DNA of 64,000 nucleotides from an uncultured virus (IMG/VR IMGVR_UViG_3300028184_000121) (Duplodnaviria; Heunggongvirae; Uroviricota; Caudoviricetes), in IMG/VR virus record IMGVR_UViG_3300028184_000121, positions 1-64,000 of that record; one strand, written 5' to 3'. The notes beneath the pieces were generated by a model. It made no database searches. It was not told where the DNA came from and worked only from the letters and a program-made list of their open reading frames with translations. The position numbers were made by a program, and so were the translations under genes. Below are positions 28,845-38,327 of this stretch, in pieces; within the stretch, counting starts at the first letter, position 1, and every line of letters starts with the position of its first letter.

Positions 28845-31163
28845 TTAGTAACCTGATGTATCATCGCCGCCACCAGCGTTCTTCGCTTTAGCCGCTTTCT
28901 CTGCTTTTTCTTTCTCTAATTGCACACGAGCCTGTTTCTCCATTTCAGCAAATGATGCCCAAGGGACAGATGGTGCATACTGTTTCATAATAGATAAGTT
29001 TAGTATATCTAATAAACGTTGTGCATCTTCATCTTGGTTGTTATCTCCAATCATTGCTCCTGAGATAGCATTCGCTAAATCTCTTGCATTATTAATTTCA
29101 TCTAATGCATTCTGTAATACTAGATTCGTCGGTGCTTGGAATGAAGTTGTTAAGCTATTGATTTCACTTTCTCTATCATCCAACTCACTACGAAGAATTG
29201 CTTTAATGAATTCCGTATTCGGTTCATTTAAATCCAACTGCCAACCTAATACCCGACGTAGGTACTTGGTACTTAACATAGTTAAGGTCTTAGCAAAGTC
29301 TACGTCATTAGAAGCGTTCAATAGCACGCTTGGAACTCCGGTCCCACTGACAATAATCTCTTCTAGCATCTCCATCATTTCATCTTTTACCTGCACATCT
29401 TGACCTTGAATGATGTCAAAGTCAATCGGACGTTTACCATCTTTATCTGTAGGTAAGAATAAATCTGTAAATTTAGTCGTAGTTGCAATCATACGAGGAA
29501 TGTTATTTAAATGCATTAAAGAACGATTGTCCTTTTTAATCTCATTGATTGCATGGTTTACTACGCTTGATACATCTGGTGCTACACCACTATTAATGTA
29601 GTATGCACGAATATCATTAGAACGAGAAATACGCATCATGATATTAGACATTAATAATCCTAAGTATAACTTCGCAAAGAATAATACATTGTCTAATACA
29701 GATTTCCCACCATTGATTTCAAACTTGTATACTTCATCAGGACGTAAGTATGTTACTTTAACAGCATTACGGTTATGAAGTACTTGGTGGTATTTTAATA
29801 ATCCGTAAATCTCATCTTTAATGTGAGCATTCTTCTCTAAGAACTTCTTATCTAGACGATGCAATAATAGTTTCGACAAGTTACTGTAAGCATTCTCAAC
29901 AGAGTTAGATACCGTCTGCTTCGAAGCACTTTTCTTAATGTTCTGTGCCCACTGTTGTGGATTATAGCTCTTACGGAGAGCTTGTTGTGTATCATCTGAT
30001 TCAATGTAGTAATACCCTAGACAGATATCGTCTACTTCTAATGGAATGACTTTACGGATATCTAACTGCTTGATAACGACCCCTTTTAAAGAAGCTGTAT
30101 CAGCATCAGTTAGTTCTTTTATCTCATCGGTAGATTTAAATCCGTCATTTATAATCTTACCGTTTGCTTCTAATTCTTTCGCAAGTGTTTCCGATTTATC
30201 TTTCTTCTTCGGAGCTTTCTTCTTAATCATGTTTTGTTTCTTTGCCTCTTGTAGTAGCTCCATATCTACAAGATTTACAGCACCTTCTTGAAGAACGAAT
30301 GAGTCTACCGTTTCCACGATACTACCTTTCAGGTCTTCAATAGATTTTGATTCATAACATTCTGAAAGATTCATCGTAAACGATTCAGTTAGAAGTTCTG
30401 TTACTTCCTCCGTCTTACCTTTGTAAGATTCAGATAAAGTCGTTCTACCCATCATTTGCTGTTTTGCAAGTTGCATATCTTTATCATTTAAAAGATATTG
30501 GAATGCTCGACTGTAAGGGATAGCTGCCACGTAATGCTTACCTTGGATAGCAGTTTTATTTACAATCTCTTTGATATGCTTATTGTACTTATACTCAGAT
30601 AATACTTGCATTGACTCTTTTCTGAAATCGTCATCTTCTTTTAATTCTACATCAGCTTTCATAAGAGATAACACTACTTGTTTCGTGAAATCATCTGGTG
30701 ATAGAATGGAATCTGTTATCGCATTGATTGCGTCACCAAGCTGAGGGATTAAGTTAACGACAACATTTAAATCCTCGTTCTTACTAATTGTCGAGTTTAA
30801 TTCAGAGTAGATTTTATAGATGTCACTAGCTCCATCAGGATTAGATAAAGCATCTTTAATACGGTTAAATGTTTCTTTATCTTTACCACCTGAGTTACCG
30901 TAGTAACTTTCCAGTCCACCTATTAAGTCTCCATTGGCAGAACCTGTCTCCCTTTGGATTAATTCCGATACGACATCATTGACACGTGATCTTGTACGTT
31001 CTCCATCACGTTGTACATCATTGGCTGTACCATATACCTGTGTTTCCAGGTCACGGTTAATATCAGCTTGAGCTTTTAATAAAGGCTCTACTGGTTTTAT
31101 GTTAATATTGGATAGATTTTCCGTTTTTTTCATAAAAAAATAAAGACTTATGGTTTTACCCAT
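28845..31163 (-). CDS. Portal protein
   Basis: T4 gp20-like elements: IPQLGDAINAITDSILSPD, MMRISRSNDIRAYYI, DLFLP, TGVPSVLL; SD GGAGGTG before ATG 31163. Confidence 0.78.
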   Translation of the reverse strand: MGKTISLYFFMKKTENLSNINIKPVEPLLKAQADINRDLETQVYGTANDVQRDGERTRSRVNDVVSELIQRETGSANGDLIGGLESYYGNSGGKDKETFNRIKDALSNPDGASDIYKIYSELNSTISKNEDLNVVVNLIPQLGDAINAITDSILSPDDFTKQVVLSLMKADVELKEDDDFRKESMQVLSEYKYNKHIKEIVNKTAIQGKHYVAAIPYSRAFQYLLNDKDMQLAKQQMMGRTTLSESYKGKTEEVTELLTESFTMNLSECYESKSIEDLKGSIVETVDSFVLQEGAVNLVDMELLQEAKKQNMIKKKAPKKKDKSETLAKELEANGKIINDGFKSTDEIKELTDADTASLKGVVIKQLDIRKVIPLEVDDICLGYYYIESDDTQQALRKSYNPQQWAQNIKKSASKQTVSNSVENAYSNLSKLLLHRLDKKFLEKNAHIKDEIYGLLKYHQVLHNRNAVKVTYLRPDEVYKFEINGGKSVLDNVLFFAKLYLGLLMSNIMMRISRSNDIRAYYINSGVAPDVSSVVNHAINEIKKDNRSLMHLNNIPRMIATTTKFTDLFLPTDKDGKRPIDFDIIQGQDVQVKDEMMEMLEEIIVSGTGVPSVLLNASNDVDFAKTLTMLSTKYLRRVLGWQLDLNEPNTEFIKAILRSELDDRESEINSLTTSFQAPTNLVLQNALDEINNARDLANAISGAMIGDNNQDEDAQRLLDILNLSIMKQYAPSVPWASFAEMEKQARVQLEKEKAEKAAKAKNAGGGDDTSGY

Positions 31164-31170
31164 AAGTCTT
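31134..31170 (-). terminator. Terminator hairpin overlapping the portal start codon
   Basis: AAGACTTATGG-GTAAAA-CCATAAGTCTT + TATTTTTTT on the minus strand. Confidence 0.75.
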
Positions 31171-31191
31171 CTACACCTCCCCTTTGAGTTT

Positions 31192-31833
31192 TTAGAAGTT
31201 AATTATGAGATACATATTTGATATAATATAGTGTTTTTTATGTACATCTATTATTGCTTTAAATAGATGAGGTTCATCTGTCTGATGAAAAGTCACGTAT
31301 ACTTTATCATTTTTCTTATATCCCTTAATCATCTTCTTACTCACTCGGACTATCATACTTCCTATCTGAACGGTATGTACTGATTTTGTTTCATTAATTT
31401 CATAAGCTACTTCTGACATATCCCCTGAGATAACTGTACCTGAATCCGATACCGTAGGTATATTATTATATTTATTCACCTTCTGTACGATAGGTTTCAA
31501 GTCTTTCTTTCGTCTAGATAATTCAATTGATTCTTCGTCATTACCTAGTCTAATGTACTTACTGGTCACATCTAGAATCTCTGGCTGTTTCACTACTTTA
31601 TACAAGCCAAAGAGTTCTTTTCCATCTACACAAATACCATCTAGTAGACTGAATAATTCTTTATATTCGGAGGAAATCGGAGTAACGACTGATACTCCGA
31701 CTGTTTCATCTCCAAATACATCTATTACCGCAGACATTACTTTACCATCTTTGATAATGTATCCACTGTCTTTACGCAAGTTTTTACAATCTTGATTCAT
31801 TGCGTTTAATACTTTCGGGTTAAACTCTACCAT
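31192..31833 (-). CDS. Hypothetical protein coupled to DNA polymerase gene (possible replication accessory)
   Basis: Start overlaps polymerase stop; mixed alpha/beta 213 aa. Confidence 0.65.
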   Translation of the reverse strand: MVEFNPKVLNAMNQDCKNLRKDSGYIIKDGKVMSAVIDVFGDETVGVSVVTPISSEYKELFSLLDGICVDGKELFGLYKVVKQPEILDVTSKYIRLGNDEESIELSRRKKDLKPIVQKVNKYNNIPTVSDSGTVISGDMSEVAYEINETKSVHTVQIGSMIVRVSKKMIKGYKKNDKVYVTFHQTDEPHLFKAIIDVHKKHYIISNMYLIINF

Positions 31834-33698
31834 GTAACCTTCACCTTCTCCGATAGTCTGGTCGCTTTTACTTTACGTATTTCGACACCTTTCTTATTCT
31901 TCTTCTTGTCATCTTTCTTAACTTTAGATACATATTGTACACGAGCCTTACGTATAGCACGTTCCCCAAGCTCATGTCCGAACTCTTCAAGCATATCTTC
32001 AGCAGATGGCATACCCATCCAACGATGCATGAATTGAACTGGTTCGTTTAATTCTAAATCTTCAATGAACTTACCACCTCTATCATACTTGTCCATATCA
32101 GTGATAACTTCTCGTTTCGTAATGTTACGATTATCCATAATGACTCGACCCAGCTGCGTCGTAGCAAATATGTTGAATATCATGATAATCGATGGATATA
32201 GTGAACTATAGTCAAAGTCCATTACGTTATTAAATACATTTCGTGATTGATAGTTCTTCAAGATATTCATACCTGTAGGCAAGTTTAACTTCGGATCACC
32301 AACTACGGCACCCTCGAAGCGCTCTTGGTTCTCACTATCTCCTGAACTTTCACCATAGGTAATATTATGATTATTACCCATAACTAATCCTTGCTCCTGG
32401 AACTCCATTGCTGCTTTATTTCTCAGGAACACAGTTTCTTTATATGTTTTATTGAATCGTGTACTAGAGTCATATGCTTTATTAAACAGTAACTCGATAT
32501 CATTTAATTTATTTTCGATTTTCATCTGAATAAGTACATCTCGAATATTGTATCGTACAAACATCTTGTAATCTACATAAGGTAAGTTTCTGAAGTTTGC
32601 TGTACCCGTATATTCTAACTTCTTAGCTCCTACTTCTCTATCACCTATGTAATCTAACTTATAGCTATCTAACTCTGCACCCGATTTACGAATCGCTGCA
32701 TAGTTAATCATTTGGTCTACCCATACTGTAAAGCTAGTTAGTGTTGCATAATCACCTTTACGGTTAATTTTAAAGTTACGTTTATCTGCATAGTACCAAC
32801 ACTCTTTATACTTGAATGCTTCATCCGTCATGATGTCTTCTGGGTCAATTCCTAATCGTTCGATACGGTGCATAATGTACTGAAAATCGAACCCGAGGTT
32901 CCATACCATCATAAAGTCTACACGGATAATATTAATAATCTGGAATAACTTTCTGATTAATTCTATCTCAGTATCACACATGATAATATGGTACTCAAGT
33001 TTACCGAATTCTGGTTCGAACTCAGCTTCAATCTCTTCAATGAATCCTGGAATGTCTTGCTCGAATTCCGCAATCAATGGATTCTCTGAGTTACGTAATA
33101 ATAGAGTGAACGATTGTTTCTTATCATTGTCCACAAGTGTTACAGCATTAATAGGAGCAGAACCTTCTACATTCTTCATATCAATGTTTCCTGCATAGAT
33201 ATCTGCCTCTATATCTAGGAACCCCTTAGTTAACTTAAACTTCTCTTTTGTTCCAAAGTGTTCTAGACATTTAAACTTATAGAAATCCTCTACATCTACA
33301 TCAGATGAGAAGATACGATTCCATTTATGGAAGTTCTTTAATTCAGAAGAACGTCGTTCTTTAATCATCTGCCAATACTGGTTGACGGCTTGCTCACCAA
33401 TTAGACCAGCTATATCTTTCAAGACATAACGGTAACTTAAATCAACCTTATTAACTTTATCGGCTTCTATACAAATCATAGGATAGTCTATTTGGACATC
33501 ATCCTTTGCCACATATGCTTCAATCTGTGGATTCTCAATAATCTTTAATTGCTTCTCACCCGTCTTTATGTTTTTAATAATTAGTGAGATAGCGTCTGGA
33601 GTCATATCATCTCCATCACGTTTAGGCTTGTGGTACATCTGATTTAATAAGATGTAATCCCCGCCTTCTGGCAGTCCCAGTAGTTTGGTCATATCCAT
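31827..33698 (-). CDS. polB: Family B DNA polymerase, exonuclease + motif A subunit of a split polymerase
   Basis: ExoI LDIEAD, ExoII WNLGFDFQYI, SYKLDYIG, ExoIII YNIRDV, GAVV, motif A DFDYSSLYPSII; motifs B/C absent; ATG 33698 after GGGAGG. Confidence 0.9.
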   Translation of the reverse strand: MDMTKLLGLPEGGDYILLNQMYHKPKRDGDDMTPDAISLIIKNIKTGEKQLKIIENPQIEAYVAKDDVQIDYPMICIEADKVNKVDLSYRYVLKDIAGLIGEQAVNQYWQMIKERRSSELKNFHKWNRIFSSDVDVEDFYKFKCLEHFGTKEKFKLTKGFLDIEADIYAGNIDMKNVEGSAPINAVTLVDNDKKQSFTLLLRNSENPLIAEFEQDIPGFIEEIEAEFEPEFGKLEYHIIMCDTEIELIRKLFQIINIIRVDFMMVWNLGFDFQYIMHRIERLGIDPEDIMTDEAFKYKECWYYADKRNFKINRKGDYATLTSFTVWVDQMINYAAIRKSGAELDSYKLDYIGDREVGAKKLEYTGTANFRNLPYVDYKMFVRYNIRDVLIQMKIENKLNDIELLFNKAYDSSTRFNKTYKETVFLRNKAAMEFQEQGLVMGNNHNITYGESSGDSENQERFEGAVVGDPKLNLPTGMNILKNYQSRNVFNNVMDFDYSSLYPSIIMIFNIFATTQLGRVIMDNRNITKREVITDMDKYDRGGKFIEDLELNEPVQFMHRWMGMPSAEDMLEEFGHELGERAIRKARVQYVSKVKKDDKKKNKKGVEIRKVKATRLSEKVKVTW

Positions 33699-33770
33699 AT
33701 TAAAATTCCTCCCTTTATTCTCGGTTAATGAAGTGTTTCCCTCCTTTTCAATTTCAAGTCTTTTCTCTTT

Positions 33771-33787
33771 CACTTAGATAATATATA
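33771..33787 (-). promoter_or_regulatory. Early-type promoter TATATATTATctaaGTG
   Basis: Recurrent motif upstream of polymerase. Confidence 0.65.
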
Positions 33788-33810
33788 TTTAAGACGAATG
33801 TTAAACTTAA

Positions 33811-33822
33811 AACAATATATTA
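33811..33822 (+). promoter_or_regulatory. Late-type promoter AACA-ATATAT-TA
   Basis: Exact consensus. Confidence 0.65.
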
Positions 33823-33844
33823 TATACGTAGAGGAGGAATATAT

Positions 33845-34939
33845 ATGAAATTAAGAATAGCAAAGGTAAAACGTGTAGAACCCAAATCACAAAAGTTACC
33901 TACTTCTATACCAAGCGTGTATAAAGAAGAAAATGATAAGGACTTAGCAATCTTAAATAGCCTAATGGCTAGTACTCGTATACGAGATAAAATGCACGAA
34001 GATAAAAAAGAAAAAGAGAAAAAAAAGAAAGAGAAACCATCGAAGAAGAAAAAAAGCGGTAAGAAACGTCAAAGTGCTATATCAGCACTTTACGAGATGA
34101 GTGGAACAAATAAAGATATATTTGGAGAAGGTGGTGGTGGAACTCCTGTACCTGCAACAAAAGCAGATAAGAGTGCAGAAGACTTCTACGAACAACGTTT
34201 CGATGGCTCCATTATGATGCTACGCGACCTACTTAAAAATATTAATCATATGACAGAAGATGGTCAAGCATTCTTAGATATGCTGAAAAAGACACCTCAT
34301 TATAGAGGCTACTTAACAGCTATTACGAACCAAACATCTAACTTAGCTTCACTAGTAAATACAAAGTTAAGTATCGTAAAAGAGATTACATCTGTTAATA
34401 AAAGTATCTCTGACCTTGAGCTTAAACGTGCGGCTAGAGAAGCGAAAGAAGGTAACGCTGCGGGTGGAGCTGGTGCTAGTGATGAATTCTTAATCAACCA
34501 AGCATTTGCTCAATTAATGGATACTGATACACCTACCGTTACAACGAAGAAAAAGAAGAAGAAAAAGAAATTGGAAGAAGACCCGAATTATAACTTCGGT
34601 ATTCCTGAAGATGAAATTGCATTGGAAGACTTGGGTGAAGAGGATTTCGATGATATGATTGATGCACGCTTCGATCAGCTCGTTGAGGCTGAAGATATTG
34701 TCTTAACAGACAATGAGCAAGCATTCCATTATGAAGGTGATACTGGTATTAAGATTGTTATCCGTAAATGGTTACCATCAGAAAGATGGGAGTTCGAAGC
34801 GGTTAACGCTTTAGGAGAAGTGTTAGATGATCATCCGTTACCAGATAGAGACTCTGTTGGACGTATTCAATTCGATAAAGATAAAGGAATTGCACGTGAC
34901 AGATTAGGTACGGTTTATGAGGTTATGTATTCGAGATAA
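33845..34939 (+). CDS. Hypothetical protein with poly-Lys tracts, coiled coil and N-terminal KLRIAKVKRVEP motif
   Basis: SD GAGGAGG, 364 aa. Confidence 0.75.
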   Translation: MKLRIAKVKRVEPKSQKLPTSIPSVYKEENDKDLAILNSLMASTRIRDKMHEDKKEKEKKKKEKPSKKKKSGKKRQSAISALYEMSGTNKDIFGEGGGGTPVPATKADKSAEDFYEQRFDGSIMMLRDLLKNINHMTEDGQAFLDMLKKTPHYRGYLTAITNQTSNLASLVNTKLSIVKEITSVNKSISDLELKRAAREAKEGNAAGGAGASDEFLINQAFAQLMDTDTPTVTTKKKKKKKKLEEDPNYNFGIPEDEIALEDLGEEDFDDMIDARFDQLVEAEDIVLTDNEQAFHYEGDTGIKIVIRKWLPSERWEFEAVNALGEVLDDHPLPDRDSVGRIQFDKDKGIARDRLGTVYEVMYSR

Positions 34940-34979
34940 AAAGGAGTGGTATAGGCTGAGCGCCTATACCACTTTCTTT
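34938..34979. terminator. Bidirectional terminator
   Basis: AGTGGTATAGGC-TGAGC-GCCTATACCACT with T-rich tails on both strands. Confidence 0.85.
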
Positions 34980-35037
34980 GTCCATAGTCTAAGTACAATA
35001 ATATACCTGAGGAGGAAATTCGGAATATTTTCCGATT
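34938..35037 (-). ncRNA. Candidate anti-Shine-Dalgarno small RNA (~100 nt)
   Basis: Own AACA-TTATTA-TA promoter (35048-35037), 5' hairpin TCGGAA-AATA-TTCCGA, ATTTCCTCCTCAGG tract, terminator. Confidence 0.45.
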
Positions 35038-35072
35038 ATAATAATGTTGGGTAATGTAAGAGTAAAATAGAC

Positions 35073-35107
35073 AAAAAAAGAAAGGAAGCGTTAATTCGCT
35101 TCCTTTT
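35073..35107 (-). terminator. Intrinsic terminator
   Basis: AAAGGAAGCG-N6-CGCTTCCTTT + T-run on minus strand. Confidence 0.85.
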
Positions 35108-35113
35108 CATTTA

Positions 35114-35617
35114 TTACAAATCTTTATCGGTTGCCGCATCAACGATTATGTTATGGAAGTTTCTAAATCCTCCTGTACCTAATCGTCTAGAAGTAAATAG
35201 ATTTGGTTTAAGTCCTTTGATACTAGCTACCCCATCTTTTGCACGATAGGCAATAGACAGGCTATCTGTACCTAAACTATGAATGACAAACTCTTCTTTC
35301 ATAGGTTGGAATGTACCATTGGCTCCAATTAAATCAAAGCGGTAGTTATCGACAAATTCATTGTTCTTTGTTTCCATTGCTTTTATAAACTCTAATACTT
35401 CTAATGGACCAGTAAAGCAATGAGTAATCTCCCCTGATTCGCCATCATTATATGCAATTGTGACTGACTTAGTATTATCATATTCTGTAAGCCTTACATG
35501 ACCTGCAATCTCACGACGGATCATAGCAATTATCTCATCGTGAGCAATAGTTAATACTAACCCCTTTAAGTCTGTACTTGAAGAAAGCAATTTTAATAAA
35601 TGTGGCTGTGTTCCCAT
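35114..35617 (-). CDS. Hypothetical protein, paralog of 35665-36363
   Basis: IAHDEIIAMI/IPHKVITAML, KSVTIAY/QSVSITY, PLEVLE/PLDVLE, TDSLSIAY/SDTLSILY. Confidence 0.75.
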   Translation of the reverse strand: MGTQPHLLKLLSSSTDLKGLVLTIAHDEIIAMIRREIAGHVRLTEYDNTKSVTIAYNDGESGEITHCFTGPLEVLEFIKAMETKNNEFVDNYRFDLIGANGTFQPMKEEFVIHSLGTDSLSIAYRAKDGVASIKGLKPNLFTSRRLGTGGFRNFHNIIVDAATDKDL

Positions 35618-35664
35618 CGTACTTGTCTCCCTCTAAGGTATATTTTTTTAATATACTTTTTATC

Positions 35665-36363
35665 TTATCGTTTCCATTTGCTTCCGCTTGGACCGAATAA
35701 TTCGTCAAACTCCCCCGTGCTTAAATTAGCATATTCCTCATCAGATTCATCTGGATGTGTTGCTCTACCTTCTAATCCAGTGACTAATTCACCGACATCC
35801 CATTTTCTATCCCCTGCTAAATACATTGCATAACTAAACGTTGGTAACATATCATTCACATATGTAGCCCATGGTTTCGTTGCATCAATATATTCTTTAT
35901 CGATACCGCAATTGACATAGTATAAAATAGATAATGTGTCTGAGCAAATAGCTTCTTCTTGAATAGTAAAGCATCCACCAGATTCATCTAACGTCCCACT
36001 TACTTCAATGTAGTTGTACGTACTTATCCCGTTCTCGTACATATCTTCTGAAAGCGCATCATTCCGTAAACGCATGACATCCTCCAGCACATCTAGTGGT
36101 GTATAATATTCTTTGTTCCATACCTTACCATTCTCTATATAGGTAATAGATACGGATTGAGCTTTCACACTATCAATAATTTTTACACCTTCCACATATT
36201 CACTTAGCATAGCTGTAATTACTTTATGTGGTATGTGTATTTTAAAATCTTCCGATGCACTATCCGACAATAAGCTAATTTTATGTGTATCAAAGTGTCT
36301 TTTTAAATATCCGTTTCTCATTTGAGCCTTTCCCCTTTTTAAGGGTGTACCTTTTGGATACAC
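35665..36363 (-). CDS. Hypothetical protein, paralog of 35114-35617 (start uncertain)
   Basis: Shared motifs with neighbour. Confidence 0.7.
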   Translation of the reverse strand: MYPKGTPLKRGKAQMRNGYLKRHFDTHKISLLSDSASEDFKIHIPHKVITAMLSEYVEGVKIIDSVKAQSVSITYIENGKVWNKEYYTPLDVLEDVMRLRNDALSEDMYENGISTYNYIEVSGTLDESGGCFTIQEEAICSDTLSILYYVNCGIDKEYIDATKPWATYVNDMLPTFSYAMYLAGDRKWDVGELVTGLEGRATHPDESDEEYANLSTGEFDELFGPSGSKWKR

Positions 36364-36380
36364 CCGTTTATATTTTTTAT

Positions 36381-36800
36381 TTATCTAATATTAATTGAAT
36401 TTAATACTTGAGCATAATTATTGATTACAATATAAGTTTCATTATAAGGATGCTCCTGTGTTGCACGTCTTGTAGTTAGATGATAGCATTCATCCATATC
36501 AACTGTAAAGTCATGGTACATTGAAGATTGACTACCCCAGTTAATTTTGATGAATCGTTGATATGCACCTTTTGTTAACGCTCTAAATGTAACGTGTTTA
36601 TTCTTACCAATCGTTACCTCACCCTCCAGTGAAATAACATTTGATATAGGAATTCCATTTCGTAAGCACATTGTTTCTAACGCTGTATCTGTATACACTT
36701 CTGGATGTTGAGGCAATGCTTCTAAATACTCCTCTGAAACACCTGCTATTGTTAAGTTTGTTGAAATATCAAAGCTATATATGTTTTCTGTATTTTCCAT
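36381..36800 (-). CDS. Hypothetical protein
   Basis: ORF in operon; INWG motif shared with neighbours (FEWG, VRWG). Confidence 0.7.
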   Translation of the reverse strand: MENTENIYSFDISTNLTIAGVSEEYLEALPQHPEVYTDTALETMCLRNGIPISNVISLEGEVTIGKNKHVTFRALTKGAYQRFIKINWGSQSSMYHDFTVDMDECYHLTTRRATQEHPYNETYIVINNYAQVLNSINIR

Positions 36801-36801
36801 G

Positions 36802-37422
36802 TTATTGTTCCACCTTTCCGATGCGACTGATTCTGTTGTACGTTACTTCTTGATTTGGTACGACAATTAATAATAGATTCTTATCATCAGATGTTACTGT
36901 TTTAGCATGTACGATATACTGTAAGTAATGTAGTGCTAATGTGTGTTCAGTACCCCATTCAAATACAAACATTAAGAATTTAGGGTCTTCCAAATTCAAT
37001 CTGATATCGGTTACGTCAGGTGTGTTATCTGATTCGCTCACTATAACATTTCGATCTACTTCAACTATTGTAGAACCAACAATGTTTACGTCAGCTAGAG
37101 TATATTCCGGTACATCTACTCCAATACTCATTACCTTTGTTACATCGAATCCTTTATCATAACAGAAATCGATTCCTGGGTTATGGTCATTTAATCGACT
37201 CCAATATAGTCTCATAAACGTAAATGCATCTAAATAGCGTCTTTCCCCTGTAGCTACATCGTTGATGTCTACAACATCATTTGCAGTACTATTAACACCA
37301 AATGCACCAGACCATTCACTCATTTTAGAGACATCTTTACGTTCAATAATGAAACGATAGTCTCCTTTAAACCCAAAATTCTTTAATTCTACTGCCAGTT
37401 CGTTTTCGTGAAACTTTGTCAT
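36802..37422 (-). CDS. Hypothetical protein
   Basis: SD GAGGGAG; early-type motif upstream. Confidence 0.75.
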   Translation of the reverse strand: MTKFHENELAVELKNFGFKGDYRFIIERKDVSKMSEWSGAFGVNSTANDVVDINDVATGERRYLDAFTFMRLYWSRLNDHNPGIDFCYDKGFDVTKVMSIGVDVPEYTLADVNIVGSTIVEVDRNVIVSESDNTPDVTDIRLNLEDPKFLMFVFEWGTEHTLALHYLQYIVHAKTVTSDDKNLLLIVVPNQEVTYNRISRIGKVEQ

Positions 37423-37541
37423 TTTATAACTCTCTCCCTCGGCTTTATAGTGACTTGTATTTTATACACGTCTAATATGATAATGTATATGTATAAGAGC
37501 GTTTATTACGAAAAAAAAAGCTAGGGAAATTAATCCCTAGC

Positions 37542-38117
37542 TCATCGTACGATCTCAATATCTTCAAGAAATTCCATTCCACCAAGATAGAACTCTGGTA
37601 GTTCAATGATAAACATTGTTTCATTATCAAATACCGCACTTCCAGATTTATATGTTTTATTATAGATAACTGTAGAATCAGACTCATATTTACCAAGCCA
37701 CTCTACATCCGTAATATCGTTAGAAGTGAATCCACCCCAACGAACTGTTACCATAACATGGAATGGCTGTGTCGATGTTTTAAATTCAATCTTTTCACCT
37801 TTTTGTGTAGCATCGCCAAATACGATAGATACCATTGTTGCAGACACTTGATTAATTGAACTAAAGAAATTAAACATAGAGTCCTGTGCTAACATAGGTG
37901 CTACATATTGCTGGATAATCTCATATCCACCCAATGTGATCTCACGTCCAGGCATTTTTAAATCTTCTATTGTAAACTTCCCAGTTGTAGTATCTTCTTT
38001 AATAATTCTAAATGTATCAGGTAGCTTCTGTAGCTCCTCTACATCCGATGTTTCGTACACGAATGTAATCTCTGGGAAACCTTTATCTTCTAATTTTCTT
38101 TCATATAACATTTTCAT
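37542..38117 (-). CDS. Hypothetical protein
   Basis: SD AAGGGAG; followed by terminator 37512-37541. Confidence 0.75.
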   Translation of the reverse strand: MKMLYERKLEDKGFPEITFVYETSDVEELQKLPDTFRIIKEDTTTGKFTIEDLKMPGREITLGGYEIIQQYVAPMLAQDSMFNFFSSINQVSATMVSIVFGDATQKGEKIEFKTSTQPFHVMVTVRWGGFTSNDITDVEWLGKYESDSTVIYNKTYKSGSAVFDNETMFIIELPEFYLGGMEFLEDIEIVR

Positions 38118-38160
38118 CTCTCCCTTTATAGTATAATATAATGGTCAAACTTTTCTAGAT

Positions 38161-38316
38161 TTATACAAAAAAAGAAAGACGTTTAGGTCTTTCTTCTTTA
38201 GACTTATCCGTAATGGATAAGTCTCTATCTTCGTTCTTTTTCTCTTCTAATTGTTTCATTTTAAATTCTAGTAATAAGTTCTCAAGTTCAAATAGTTTCT
38301 TATTGAGGTCTGACAA
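38161..38316 (-). CDS. Small hypothetical coiled-coil protein (51 aa), not in ORF track
   Basis: SD AAGGAGA + TTG; MSDLNKKLFELENLLLEFKMKQLEEKKNEDRDLSITDKSKEERPKRLSFFV. Confidence 0.55.
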   Translation of the reverse strand: MSDLNKKLFELENLLLEFKMKQLEEKKNEDRDLSITDKSKEERPKRLSFFV

Positions 38317-38327
38317 ATTATATCTCC

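Noticed and set aside
34923..34985. 20-codon minus-strand ORF MDKESGIGAQPIPLLFISNT inside the candidate sRNA
   Set aside because: No SD and it runs through the terminator into the convergent gene
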